From contig QPGO01000071.1 of the NCBI GenBank assembly GCA_008632985.1, positions 173,516 through 237,515 on the forward strand: a stretch of 64,000 nucleotides of DNA, in the 5' to 3' direction. The DNA comes from Psammoneis japonica (lineage: Eukaryota). This document shows positions 1-13,200 of the stretch, one piece after another (within the stretch, counting starts at the first letter, position 1; every line of letters starts with the position of its first letter). The position numbers were made by a program, and so were the translations under genes. The notes beneath the pieces were generated by a model that was not told the DNA's origin, did no database searches, and saw nothing but the letters and a program-made list of their open reading frames with translations.

Positions 1-1447
1 GTTCGCGGCGATTTGCAGAAACACGGGATCGATTTTTTCGAGACCTGCGCGCCGGCAGTGCAATGGTCGTCCATGCGCCTTCTCCTCACCACGGTGCTCA
101 AGGAAGGTTGGACTGCACGTCAAGTGGACCACACTACAGCCTTCTGCCAAGCTGATGTCAAGGAGAAGGTCTGTGTAGAGCCTCCCAAGGGTTTCCAGCC
201 AAAATCGGGCGCCGATCTGGTGCTGAAATTGTTGAAAGGCCCACACGGCCTACGCCAGTCTCCCAAGTGCTTCTGTGAAAAGCTGAGGGACGGATTGCTC
301 GAAAGAGGATGGATTCAATCCGCCATTGACCCTTGTCTTTATTTCAAAAAGGGCATGTCATGTGTGGCACATGTTGATGACACCGTGTTCGCCGGCGCAT
401 CGGCCCAAGCCTTGGAAGCAGAGATTGCCAAGTTGGGCATTTCCAATGATGAGCAACGCCATGTCTTTGATCTACGTGATGAAGGCGAAGTCGGCAACTT
501 TCCAGGTGTCAAGATTCAAAAGCTCGAAGACGGCCGATTCCTCCTGACCCAACCCAAAAGTTCTCCGCACCGCACAGATGACCAAGTGCAACGGCGCACC
601 CACTCCTGCCTTGCCTGCTCCTGCTGGCAGCGATGCCGACGGGCCACTGTTCGACAAGCCTTATGACTGCCGTTCCGTGGTCGGCATGCTGATGTATCTA
701 GCGTCCAACAGCCGCCCGGACATTGCTTGCGCGACCCATCAAGTCGCACGGTTCTCCCACGCACCCAAGGCCTCCCACGCTGTGGCCATCAAGCGCATTC
801 TTCGTTGCCTGAAGGATGCGGCCGACAAAGGACTTATCCTAACTCCAACCGCCGATCAACGACTCGACTGCTATGTTGATGCTGATTTCGCGGGACTCTT
901 CAGTGTTGAAGATGGACAAGATCCCACGTCTGTTGAGTCACGTACGGGATGTGTCATTTGTTGTGCAGGATGTCCGATTGTCTGGGTGCCCAAGTTGCAG
1001 ACCCTCGTCGCACTCTCTGCCATGGAAGCCGAGCATGTCGCCCTCTCCCAAGCGATGCGTGATCTCATCCCCCTTCGCGAGATCGTGAAGGAAATCAACG
1101 CGCTCGTTTTCGGACAGCCGGACAGACAGACCGACATTTCGACACATTCGAAGGCTTTCCGACACGCCAACGACGGAACTGAGGATTCTCCCATTGACTC
1201 CACTAACCTCCCAGCATCCGTTGTGTACGAAGACAATGCTGCCTGCCTCCAATTCGCCCGCATGCCAAAATTGTCCCCACGAACCAAGCACATCGGCATT
1301 CCCTGCCATTGGTTTCGTGCTAAAGTTGAGGCTTTGGAGATCAAAATTGAGCCTGTGAGCTCAGCTGCACAGCTTGCTGACCAGTTTACTAAAGGATTGA
1401 CTGTTGATCTATTCCGTGCTGGTCGCAAAGCCCTCATGGGCTGGTGA
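1..1447 (+). mobile_element. Ty1/copia LTR retrotransposon pol 3' part (reverse transcriptase + RNase H), degenerate, frameshift near 555-580
   Basis: ORFs 13..666 and 578..1447 carry copia RT/RNase H motifs in mutated form: QVDHTTAF, PPKGF, KGPHGLRQSP (~KxLYGLKQ), DPCLY, VAHVDD (YVDD), SRPDI, CYVDADFAG, SRTG, EAEHVALS, YEDN, RTKHI, QLADQFTK. Confidence 0.95.
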
Positions 1448-1474
1448 CTGACAGTTCTCCTTCTCTTTTCGGTT

Positions 1475-1748
1475 GAGAGGGAGAGTCACGAGTCAACAAC
1501 CGAGTCTGATTCACGGATGACGCTTCCGGTCATGGATCTCTTCTTCCGGAAGAAATGTCCGTTGAGTCTTCTAGCGATAGTAATCGGAGTGACACACACG
1601 ACCGTTAGGTCATAATGTCATCTCCAATCCCTCGTGAGATCTTCTCACAATTCGTATCTTTAGCGTATCTTATTGTCCCAAAACTACTTCTTATCATCCT
1701 CTGTTGTATTGTACAACCTCAAGAGAGTCCTGAACTCTCCATCCTACA
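1475..1748 (+). repeat. Polypurine tract (GAGAGGGAGAG, 1475-1485) and probable 3' LTR of the copia element; LTR end uncertain
   Basis: Purine run 28 nt after the pol stop. Candidate LTR ends ...CTCCATCCTACA near 1748. The 5' LTR lies outside the window, so the end cannot be confirmed. Confidence 0.55.
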
Positions 1749-2223
1749 CAGTGTATTGTTGTATCCCAAGTCCTCGTGGACCTTCGCTGGTCGGATCAAA
1801 TTATCATCCACAAGATACTTGCCTGGTACAATAGGCCCTCGACTACTCTGGAGAGATAAGCTACAATAGACTCTAGCTAGTAGCCGTATTCAATGCCGAT
1901 AGACCACCCATGCCTCCTAGCATGGAAAGACTAGGCATTGATGAGCAATCAAACTTCAGATGGAAGAGCTATTTTGAATTTCATTCTGATTCAACGTGCT
2001 TCACCCGCGCTCACAACTTCTTGCACAATCTCTCTGGCCCTACTACTTCTACTCTAGAGCATCTCACGATCTCCATTATTTTCGGCCCATCAGAGCTAGT
2101 GTAGATACCAATTTTTTCGTTGTTATAGAACACAAGTCATCTAAAGTTACTCTTCTGATACGACTACATACAAAACAATGCGTCATGCCCATCTTTCATT
2201 CACCCAAAGCAATCCCTTTCGCT

Positions 2224-3646
2224 TTAGTGCCCATTTACATAGTACTCGTACTCTGGAATTTTGAGTGTTATGTTCCCTGCATACCCGACAACATCATCAA
2301 AGATGTCAAATGTCGTTGTGCCATCCTTGTAGACTGGAGCAAGGTCAACTTGTCCCATTGCACCTTTAAAGACATTTGTTCCACCATCAATTCCGATTGA
2401 TCCACCGATACCATCATAAATCTCACCACTAGCAGAAAAGGCATTTCCATCTGCATCGTTGTAAGTAAAGGAACATCGACCGCCACCTGGGAATTCATCG
2501 GAGCCATCGTTGTACTGCAGCCGGAGGCAGTCACCAGTTACCGACCCAATTTCATCGCCCGTATCGAAGTTGAAAAGAATATCATTATAGATGTACACAA
2601 CGCCGACTTCAGTTGTAAGGTCGCTGCCTGATTTAAGATTGATGCTTGTGGAGTTTGGTTGGAAGACGGGCATGTGGATTTTGGTAATGATGACGCCACC
2701 TGCAACAGCAAAAAGAAAGAGAAGAAACGCAGTGTGAGTAAGATGGCGCGGAAGATTGTTTGGACACACAATTCTTCCAAAACAAGGGCAGAATTAGAGG
2801 AAAGATCCAAAAGCTCACTTACCATAGTCGTCGCCTGTGAAATCAAACAAAAGTAGAGGGAGAAAATAAATGTGAGTAAGCAGGCATTACCAAAACAAAA
2901 TTCTCATTGATTGATTTGAATCGAAAGACTCTTTTCAAATCAGAATTCAAGGAAAGCTCCAAAATCCTTTCGTTTGCAAAAGATCACTCACCATATCCCT
3001 TTCCACCGCCATATCCCTTTCCATCACCATATCCACCACCATAACCCTTGCCTGTGGCATACTCGTAGCCCTTGCCTCCATATCCTTTTCCTGCGGCATA
3101 CTCGTAGCCCTTGCCTGCATATCCTTTGCCTTTGGCATAGCCCTTCCCTTCGTAACCCTTGCCTTTGGCGTAGCCCTTTCCATCGTAACCCTTGCCTTTG
3201 GCATATCCTTTTCCTTTGGCGTAACCCTTGCCATTGCCTCCCTTCTTGCCTCCGCCCTTTTTGCCACCTCCGCCTCCCTTTGCGTAGCCCTTGCCTTCGT
3301 GTTCGTATCCATCATCATAACCATAATCATGATAGTCGTACCCTTTTCCCTTGGCGTACTCGTACCCCTTTCCTTTGGCGTACTCGTATCCTTTTCCTCC
3401 GTAACCTTTGCCTTCATAGCCTTTGGCGTACTCGTATCCTTTTCCGCCGTAACCTTTGCCTTTGGCATACACGTAGCCCTTTCCTCCGTAACCTTTTCCA
3501 GAGTCGTGGTAGTCGATTAGGTTCGGGCTTCGGCTTCGGGTTCCTCAGAAGCTTCTGTTCCAGCAAGCTTTGCATCGTCCAAAGCACACAGGCTGAGATA
3601 CTTGCTAGGATCACAGCGGTCGAGTAAATCTTGATGCAACTTTCAT
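2224..3646 (-). CDS. Secreted Lys/Gly/Tyr-repeat protein with C-terminal dirigent/allene-oxide-cyclase-like domain (paralog 1); exons ~3646-2992, 2834-2823, 2699-2224
   Basis: ATG at 3646, hydrophobic signal-like stretch, acidic pro-segment, then (A/G)KGKGY/GKGYEY repeats (ORF 2984..3472). Two phase-1 GT-AG introns join in frame to ORF 2224..2769 (GDCLRL...CSFTY...GGSIGIDGGTNVFKGAMGQV). A few 1-nt indels are needed in the first ~130 nt. Confidence 0.75.
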
Positions 3647-4386
3647 TTTGCTTCTTGGGGAAAAACAACGACAAGGAAGAAATTGGGTGAGACGCCAATT
3701 GCAACAATTCGTTCTCTCGTGTGCTGCTTTCCAACACGAGAACCACCACCAGCTCCTTCGGATGTTGCTCGATAACTTACTCTCTTTCTTTGAAACACTC
3801 TTGTTGAGATTGTGTCTTTGAGACGACTCTTCTTGCTGGATTATGTTCTTGTTGTCGCGTTGGAAGCCGGATTTTGTGGGCGTTGCGAATGAGCCGGATT
3901 GGTTCGTAGCCGTTGAGATATGCGTTGGGAAATTAGTAATATCCAGAACATTACCTTGACCGGACAAAAATTTTAATGTATATAATTCGATTGTAAGGTT
4001 TAGATTATTCAACGCAATCATCGTATGCTGGTTATTGATCTAATAATGAACGGCGCGGCGCACCCGTCACGACTTCTTGCGACACGGAAGCTTCCAAATC
4101 TGCCGTTGAGAAGAAGATATTGTACTGTATGTGTTTGTCATTGAAATCTACGTGGAAGTATGCCGGGTATTTGTGGAACGCATGAGTGAGGATTGACTAT
4201 CGAATTGGTGTACTTTTGAAATTGGCCGTCTGTCGTCACGGCCGGATGAGTTGACAAAATCTTTTTTCCGTTGAAAGATTTCATCTTGGTGCCATTTCCC
4301 ATTTCCCATTTCCATCCATTGACGATGACACCGGTTCACACGTCACCTCGAATATAGCTACGCAGGTAAGCAGGGCAACCAAAGCA

Positions 4387-5882
4387 ATGACGGCGACGCA
4401 CCGATCAAGTCAGAATGCCGAGCGACCACAAAAAAGCCAATTTCATCACCTGAAGACGATCAATTACAGTGCGTTTCCTTGTATGACGACAGCAAGATCC
4501 TCATTAGCCCGCTTTTCAAAGACACCAATAGACTCCCGGAACGCTTTTCTCATCCACTCCTCACCCGGGCATCCGTGAGATACAACAACCCTCCAAATTC
4601 TGTGCGTTTCAAGCTAGACGGACACCCATGGTCAGATCACTACGGCAAAGCTGGCGTGCATTCAAGAAGAGTGGTAGTGGATCTTGTGTCTGCCATGTGT
4701 GAGACCGAACACGACCTGGTTGCTTGCGCAGATCTCTCACGGTTTCGGCATGGAAACGCAGGAAACTTGTTCTTTCGCCGCAAACAACAAGGATCGCCCG
4801 CGCAAGAAGTAGCATGCATATCCTTATCGGGTGACGACACTCTTCAGGTCGTCTCTGTCCCGCGCATGGAGAAGTCGCTATTTCCAGACGTTTTGAAGAA
4901 CTGGCAATGTGGTTATACCGAGCGAAACGGATGTCCTGAATATCGACTGAGAGGCAAACCGTGGTGTACTAGCACCAGTGACAACCTTTCGACTCACTTT
5001 ATCGTTTTGGAGATTCTCAGACTCATGAGGAATCTTGGCTGGACAACGTGCGTTCCGTTCGATTGTACATCCCGAGATCATGATGCCGACTCGTTATTGT
5101 TTACAAGAGATGCGACTAGTGACACCAGAATTTCAACTGTGGCGAAAGCCTGTCAAATGTGTTGTATTGGCTTGGAACAAGAAAATGTTTTGAGCTTGAT
5201 GGGTGATTTTGATGACCAGACAACAAGCGCATTGGAATCCGCCGTTGCCATCGGTTGGCCCGACGGAATAAAGAGAGTTTTCAAATCCAATAGCACTCAT
5301 CGAATCGAATGCAATGGTGAACCGTGGACTGCCAGAATCACTACAGAGTCGATTGCTGTACGGAGCCTTGTTTGTGTGGTGCTTGAAGAATTGAATCGAG
5401 TTGGTTGGAGATTGTACTGCGCCCCTGATTTGTCAAGGAAAAATTCTGCAACGTCGTCCTTCTTTTACGTCCGAGACAACTTCTCGACCGCAATACCGCC
5501 AAGAGTCTTTGGCTGCGTTTCGTTGAATAACAATCATAAAATCAACTGCATTCGACTGCCGCCGGAAATCTCGAAGGCCTTGGTGCATTTCCTCGAATCA
5601 TCGGACGGCTGCCCTTGGCCACACGGTCTCAAGTCAAACATGCAAGTACGAGATGAACTGTCTGCTGTGAGCGGCAAGTTTTGTCGGGACCCATGGAACA
5701 CATTTACAAAATCAAGAGACAAGGCAAAGGTGTCGTACTTGGTCACTATGATCCTCCACAAAATTCTTTGCACCCACTCGAGCTCACTTGTCTGCGCCGC
5801 AGGCGTTTCGGCCGCAACTATCGGCGAGGACGACGACCCACTTGACGTTGATACATTCTTCTTTTCGTTTGGCACAGTATAG
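4387..5882 (+). CDS. Hypothetical protein with four internal repeats (…K/R-L-x-G-x-PW… followed by an amphipathic helix and GW)
   Basis: 467-aa ORF 4479..5882 with KLDGHPW, RLRGKPW, ECNGEPW, KFCRDPW repeats. The likely ATG at 4387 needs one frameshift. Confidence 0.7.
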
Positions 5883-6879
5883 TGAGAAATAATCAAATCT
5901 GAAATCTCTGAAAACGTACTTCTCAAATATGAAGAATCATGAACCGAGCTTGCTTGACGCCAAAGCACTACAGGTAATGCATTTACTTGCCAACATTAGG
6001 CAAAAAAATTGTTTTCGTGAACTAAAACCTAGTACAACTCATCTTTTATTATGCGATTCAACAAAGATGCTCGATATCTTTCCTTTCATCAACGAGAACT
6101 GATCTAGCAGAAAATGGAAGATAGATCGGGAGCGGCGAACTCAAGAAGTCCAAGTGTAACCCAATGCCCAACTTTTTCTTCGAAATTTCAACGTATTGGC
6201 GAATTTACATTTGCGTGTAAATTTCTTGATCGCGTTTATGAAATACAAAACTATGCTTAGTATACTTTATCCTACTCGACAAAGCATAGTCACTTCCATT
6301 CTTAATCCACGTCCGGATAAGGCAGAACTCTTCTGGTTACTAGAAAGTGCAAGGAACAGGAATGGCTGCTGAAATTGCACCCGTAAAGCCTAGCGAATCT
6401 TCGAAGAGGTCAAAGAATGGATTCGTGCTATTTGGGTAAAATGGCGCGATAGGGATTTCACCAATGGCACCGACCCAGTCACCGGTGCCACCGGTGATTG
6501 CAAGTACCCCGCCATGAACGTCTTCAACCAAGCCTGTAGCAGTGATAGTGCTGCCTGCAGCGTCGCCATACGTAAGCGTGCAATACCCCCCACCTTTTGG
6601 AGCATCTTCTGGTGGATTTGGCATCAAGGTGGCATTATCGGCATCTGGTAGTACCGGTATCAAGGTGGCATTCCTTGTCCTGACACAATGTCCATGCGTA
6701 GTGCCGATCAGCTCGAGCTCGTCAAACTCCTCAAAAATGGTGAGGTTGTAGAGAAAACAGTCCCAAAGGAATGTTGCACCATACATGTCAAGGTCGAGTT
6801 GGTCTCCAAACCTATCCCAGCGGTAATCATAATCTGGCTGGTAGAATCCGAGGTCCAGAAAGTTGTACTTGTTGCAGCT
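5774..6879. repeat. Segmental duplication, copy A (copy B at 19414..20343)
   Basis: Shared CCACTCGAGCTCACTTGTCTGCGC start, shared 3' flank, and near-identical dirigent-domain coding sequence in paralogs 2 and 3. Confidence 0.9.
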
Positions 6880-7227
6880 GCCGGGGCCATGTCCTTCATA
6901 GTATCCTTTGCCGCCTTTGCCGCCTTTGCCACCTTTGCCACCTTTACCTTTGCTCTTCTTTCCACTGTACCCCTTCCCTTTGGCACTCTCATAGCCCTTT
7001 CCTTTGGCATACTCGTACCCCTTGCTTTCGTACCCCTTGCCTTCATACCGCGCATCTTCGTAGTGTCCTAGACGACCAGGAGACAGATCGCGCATCTCGT
7101 CCGCCGTCTCGGTGGTTTCCGCTTCAGGGGCTGCCTTTCTATGAAGAGATCCAATGCCGATGGCTTGAGTGGTCATGGTGGCCAAAGTCATCGCGATGAG
7201 ATGACGAATGGCGATTGAAAACTTCAT
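6340..7227 (-). CDS. Secreted Lys/Gly/Tyr-repeat protein with dirigent/AOC-like domain (paralog 2)
   Basis: MKFSIAIRHLIAMTLATMTTQA signal peptide, RDL site, EGKGY/KGGKGG repeats, then GHCVRT...CTLTY...ITATG...LAITGGTGDWVGAIGEI. Confidence 0.85.
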   Translation of the reverse strand: MKFSIAIRHLIAMTLATMTTQAIGIGSLHRKAAPEAETTETADEMRDLSPGRLGHYEDARYEGKGYESKGYEYAKGKGYESAKGKGYSGKKSKGKGGKGGKGGKGGKGYYEGHGPGSCNKYNFLDLGFYQPDYDYRWDRFGDQLDLDMYGATFLWDCFLYNLTIFEEFDELELIGTTHGHCVRTRNATLIPVLPDADNATLMPNPPEDAPKGGGYCTLTYGDAAGSTITATGLVEDVHGGVLAITGGTGDWVGAIGEIPIAPFYPNSTNPFFDLFEDSLGFTGAISAAIPVPCTF

Positions 7228-10200
7228 TGTGACGGCCTGTGGGACAAGTCTGCATGCACTGTGATGCAAATGATAACTGTGAGTTGAGTGAAGAAGGCAC
7301 GGAAGAGACACTGTCTTTTGCTCGCAATCGACTTACCTTTCGTGAATTGTGAGAGCTGTTGTGGTTGGGAAGCTTTTGCATTTGGAGTGGATTTCTCTTG
7401 CTTGTGACCAAACTTGCTTGGCACGACTTACTGGGCATTTCTGAAATTCCAATTTTGCCATGCGTTGAGTTTGGGATCTACCAGTCGCTACATAGATTCA
7501 AAGCTCAAAGCTTGTCATGTTGAATGTTTCGAGCGCGACCCAATCCAAGACCCAACTCACGCTTTCTTAAAGTAAATTTTGCCTTGACAATGTTGCTTTT
7601 TTATAAATGGCTGTTACAGAAACCAAAGCGTTTCATCGTTATCTGATAAAATCTCATTTCATGCATTGCTTCTGGTGAGTCTCGAGGACAGACATTTTGT
7701 TATTTGACTTAACAAGAACCAAAAATTCAAAATCCAGAAACACGACACATCAACATGATGGGCGCCGCGGCGAGATCGACGTTGAAGGGGCGATCTGGAT
7801 CTGGATCTGGACTCGCAAGCACGCAAGCACCGACGACGATGACAATGGGCAGCTTGTCATGTTGTGACCAGGGCAGCAAGCCATTTTGCTGTGGTTCTTG
7901 GATGAGTTTTGACAGGCTTCAAACTCACACATGACACAGTGTTTCTCATGACTTCCACCTGCCCTTCTTTGCTGTCCCAGGATTGGACACAGAGACGCTG
8001 ATGCAGCAACAAACAGGAGAGAAAAAACAACACCCACTTCTGCAACTGCTGCAGCCACTGAATGCAAACTCTGTTCCATTTTTCTGTCAGCATGCTGTGC
8101 AGATGAGGTGTTGCACCCTTGTTGACACACGGCAAATTCGCACTTTGCGCGAGCTGCTGCAAAAGCACTCCAAATGGGGGGCGTGTTTGGATGTAAGAAT
8201 GTAAAAGAAACTTGCATGGAATTTGCACTAAAACAGTCAGTCAATCTGTGCATTTGGGGTTTTGGTGAATGCTGGATGGGCCAAGTGTGTTTCTCAATGT
8301 GCAAACTGTGCTGGGGGAAGAGCTGGAGGGTGCTGGCATGCCGGGTTCTTTTGGCATTTTCACAGCCAAAGATGCCCCTCAAAGCAGGCAAGTCTGGAAG
8401 ACAAGATGCTGCAATGTCACCCAATGAGAGGAAAAGAACACATCAAAAATGAGCTGGAAGTGCTGGCTGGAGCCTGCGCCATCAAACTGCAGAGCAAAGT
8501 GCCCACTTCAGAGCACACACTCAAAAGGACACCCTGAACTTGCACAAAAGGTTGAAATGTCATGGACAGGAGAAGCTTCACATGAGATCAAGAGCACAGC
8601 TCTAAAAATGGCTCTTGTTCACTTGGCTTCAACCAAAGTTGCAGGAGACATTCGTGCATTTGATGCAGTTGTGAGGACCTCCCCCCAAATGCTGTGTCAT
8701 GTCAAGTGCACAGCACCACAGAGGATCAAAAGCAGTGCCACAGCTGCAATGATTTTCCAGCCTGATCAAGGAGTCTCTGGGACAACCAGGTTTTGGTGAT
8801 TTGTCATGGCACTGAGCAAAAGGCAGTCAAAATGGGCTGTGCAGGAAATGGGCTTCAACAGACTTTCAACAACTTGAGGGTTTTTCTTGCCATTTTTTGT
8901 CTCCATTCAAGGATTTCACCTTTGCTCCCTTGTGTTGGCTTTCCATGTCATTGCCCAGCATCTCAGGTGATCCACCCCCCAAAGTCGCCTCATGTTGTGC
9001 TCCCTCTGCTCTGCAAGAATGTTGTGCAAGACACTCTTTAAATTGACAACAGCACAGCTTGTTGATGTGCACCTGCCCGGATGTTTCAATGAGTGCACCC
9101 ATGGCTTAAAAAAAGTCTTTGTGTCTCCACAACTGCACTGCCTTCTTGGAATCTCTCAGCATCCACCCCACACCCCATGTTGACTTTTGTGATGAGGACG
9201 ATGCCATGACCACACACTGTCAAGCTTGTTTTAACCTGTGCTCATGCAGCAGCAGATGTCACCACAACACTGTCAGGCCCCTGGCATGCCATGTGCCATG
9301 CTTGTGCACTGGACAATGTTGCTGGCACAAAGTCATCAAGATTGTTGCATGCTGCCCATGTGGCAGCTGATGTCACCACCATCAGCCATGTCAGAGTTTT
9401 GCATGCCCTGGCTGAACATCATGCAACGTCATGACTCTCAATGTGTTGTTGTTTGTTCTGCACACCATTGCACCCCACATCAAGCTGTTGTGGCTGCTGC
9501 TGCTCCTTGTCAAGAACTCAACAGAATCCTGCACAATGTCCATTGGCTGCTTGGCAGGCTTTCACAATGCCTCTCCCCACAGCCCCAGCAATCTGTCTGT
9601 CATTGCAAGATGGTTGATGATGCCAAGTCAGTTCTTTCTACAAAATTGGGTGACTCCACCTTTGAACATGATAATGACAATTGCTCCCATTTGTTTTGTT
9701 CTGAAGTGTTGCCATTGTCTGCCATTGGCAGCCCTGTTGACCACCCCAACAGCATGAACTTGCTCCAGAACATGCACCCATTGTCAGCTCCAAAGCATTG
9801 CCATGAGCCATTGTTGACAGCCCCCACAGCATGACACCAACTTCAGAACACACACTCCTGGTTTCCTGGAAGATGACAATTGCCCTGCTTTGGCTCAGAT
9901 TGTTTTGGACTTGTGCACTGCCCAAACCATCTTGTTTCCACCAACAATGACTGATGACTGGGACTCTCATCATTGCAATGAGGCTGAGAAGGCCTTGTCT
10001 CAAACAGTTTTTTCTGTCATTCCATGTGGCAAATCTCCCTCCCACTGAACTCTCAATCAGCAAATCATTGCAAATTTTTCATGAGAGTGCTGCTTGACAG
10101 AAATTGATGCTCAGCTGAGAAACATGGAGCACCATGCCGATTGCCATGAAAAAGCAGAATCGTGGTTGTGCAAAAAGAAAAAGGCACCAAACAACCACCT

Positions 10201-13200
10201 GTTGTTCACAGAGATGGTTGTTGATTGTCACCTGTTGTCTGATGCATCATTTGAGGAGAGACACACTGATGCTTTTTTCAAGCATCACCTGGCAACATTG
10301 GCTCATGGTGACATGCTTGACCACAGCTCCACAACAAATTTTTCCTTCTTCAAACTCAGCTTTTGAAGTGGTGGTTGGCCAACAACAACAAATGTGACTC
10401 TCTCAGGGAACACCAAAACTGGGAAACCATGCTGAATGATGTCATTGCTGAATGTGTTAGCCACAAGGCAAAGCTCTCCATCATCTGACATGATGGAACA
10501 CCTCTCTCCATTGGGAAATTTGTCTGAGGTCAGGTTGGCTGAGTTGCAGAGGAAACCACCTTCCATGAATGCAACAAAACACACAAAATGTGTTGTTCTT
10601 GTTCAAAGCACAGCAAGCCACTCAAGCTGGGAGGATTTGGTGTTGCACTCACTGACCTGCCCCTCATGGTGTGTGGGTTTGAAAGCATGATGGAGATGGA
10701 CTTGAAGCTGATGGATCAAGGCCAGCAGAGTTTGTTCCTGGAAAATGGCAACTCCTCCCTCCTTGGTGGATCAGTTTTTGATCCTGACACATGCAGCAGC
10801 AGCAGCAGCAGCACTTCTGAAGCTGACTGGGCCTCTGCTGCCTCTGCCAACACTGGCTCATCATCTGGAGCCCATGGGAGCTTTTAGACAGTTTCTGAAG
10901 ATGAGGACTCCATCTCCTCTTGCAAGTCTTCTGAGTGGCCAGTTGGCATCAGTGAAGGCAGCAAGTCAGATGACAAACTTGAGGGTGAACTTGTGAAAGA
11001 GCCAAAGAGGAGAGCCTGGCTTGTTGCAGGTGTGCACTTTGGGGGTGCACAAGTCTGAGTTGACCAGTGATTGCATCCAGCTGCTTTTGACAAAAACATT
11101 TGGTGACAGCGGCAAACCCAACATGATCAACATGAAAGTTGGCATGGATGGATGCTGTGCTGGGATGGATCAACACACCATCAAGGCAGCACTGGAGAAT
11201 GGAGGTGATGCAACAATGACATGCCAGCGGGTGCACAACTTTGCTTTTCCCTTTGGGCAGAAGCTCAGAGGATTCAATGACAAAAGAAAGGCAATGTCCA
11301 CAGAGGGCCTCCACTGCTTGGTGAAGAAAGCAGTGAAGACGCAGCAACTGCAGGCAGAGGCATTTTTTAAAGAAACTGTTGCTCAGCTTTGCTCCTGTTG
11401 AAATGGCCAAGGTGGTGGCATGCTGCTGCAATCAAAGCTGTGCCAAGAAAACTCAAGACATTGGATCCACTGCCTTCCAAGATGGGGTGCAAAATGTTGT
11501 GATCAACACATCCTTTGCACATCCCTTGGACAGTGAAGCCAAGAAGAACATGGCAGTGGGTCAAGCCATGGACAAGAAGCTTGCTGAGGACACAATGAAA
11601 CATGCAAATGACCCCAATGCTGTTGCTGTCTTGCCCATTTGCTCCATGTTTGAAGTGGGGCTGATGAGAAATGTGGAAGTGCCGTGGTTTCAAGACAGCT
11701 CGGACAACAATGGCATGACAGTCATGGATGGAAATCTGGGTGTCTGGAGAGTTTCTGTCTCACAAGCTGAAGACAAGAACCAGTGGAGGCACACAGCCAG
11801 AGGAATGGGAAGTTCTTCAGCAGGTGCAGGAGGGTGGGTAGAAATGTGTCTTGGTGGACACCATGGGTGACAATCTCTGTGGACATGTCACCACCAAGGC
11901 AAGCAATGCTCTCCAAAATTTGCATCATGTCACATGCCAGAACTTCCAATGCATCCTTTGCATCAATGGATCTGAACAGGGCAAGGTCATGTGGGGTGCC
12001 TGGGTGCAATTCTCTGAAGAGCTGCAAGGCACACATTCTGCAAGAAAAGAAACAGATTGAGCAAGTGATCAATTGTGGTGCATGCAACAGCCACACATGC
12101 ACAGACTGTGAAACATTTTCAAATGCCCCCTGCCTGCTGAAAAGAACTCCAAAAATCTGTGCTGTCTCTCTTGTTGAAGCTGTCTCAAAAACAGATCTGA
12201 TGCACTTGCCCAGTGCCCGCCTCATGAGTGATTTCAGGTTCAAAATTCCTGTTGGCTGTGAAAGCCCCTGAGCTGCTGCAGTCCAGCACCTTCTTGCACA
12301 CCTTGTCCAACTGCAAGCACCGCACATCCACACGATGTTCCCAGCTCACCAAATTGAAGATTGCAGAGCCATCAACAACTTCCAAAACAGTGCTGACCAG
12401 CAGATCTGCTCTCTCAAGTCATTGCCTGCATCTCCAATGGGAACATTTTGTGCCAACAAGAAAGCTTTGACAGATGACCAAAGCAAGAAACACTGCAGCT
12501 CTGGCTGGTGGTGGCACCAGCCAGCACCAAAGCCAATCATGGTGAGGAAAGGGAAGCATTCAGAAGACAAAGGCATCAATGCTGTTCTTTCTGATTGTGG
12601 GGTTCTTGTTGGCAAGGAGGAGGCCTCAGTGGAGGTGGGTCATGCACTCAAACATGGCACAGTTGCAAACGCTGCACCCAAAGAATGCTTGGAAAGGAGG
12701 GTGGCTTGTTGCAGTGATGTCAACAACTGCCTGTCAATGTGCAACAATCCCTTCCTCACTGTGAGAATGAATGTCCATCCAAATCTTTATGGAGAATTGG
12801 AAAAAGCACAACAACAGTGTGTCACAGGGGGAGAAAAACACTCAACTGTTGCATGGGATGTCACAGCATGCACTTTTGCAATGACTCACCAAAAGCCAAG
12901 ATGGTTAGACCAGGACTGCTGTGGACTCCATTGCATGCCCTTTGAAGCTGCAACAAATGTGCAAGGCCAAGCTGCACACAGATTGTTGGGGTAAAACTCA
13001 GGTGTCAATGCAGGAAGAAAAGGGGCTCTGAGAACAAGAACAAGTTTTGACAGTGTGAAAGGTGAAAGCAATGCATGTGTGAATGTGCTGGACACATGCT
13101 TTGTGCAAGCCCACAAAGCACACCTTCATGAAGGTGACAGCTGGAGACAGTCACAATCAGTTGGTGCATCCACAGATCCACACTGCACAACAAAAGTCTG

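Noticed and set aside
1..1447. Alternative genetic code (CAY/TGY read as Tyr) to explain the copia motifs
   Set aside because: Neighbouring host genes use TAY for Tyr normally, several copia Tyr codons remain, and non-Tyr TA sites (CTA, GTA, cross-codon T-A) are altered too.
2947..3627. Alternative-frame ORFs over the GKGY repeats (PKARVT- and HTRSP-rich; likewise 20014..21069 and 20172..20960)
   Set aside because: Shadow frames of the repetitive coding sequence.
9570..9620. Ulp1-protease-like Q-x-Q-x-D-x-x-x-CG motif on the minus strand
   Set aside because: Too short and degenerate; other catalytic motifs not located.
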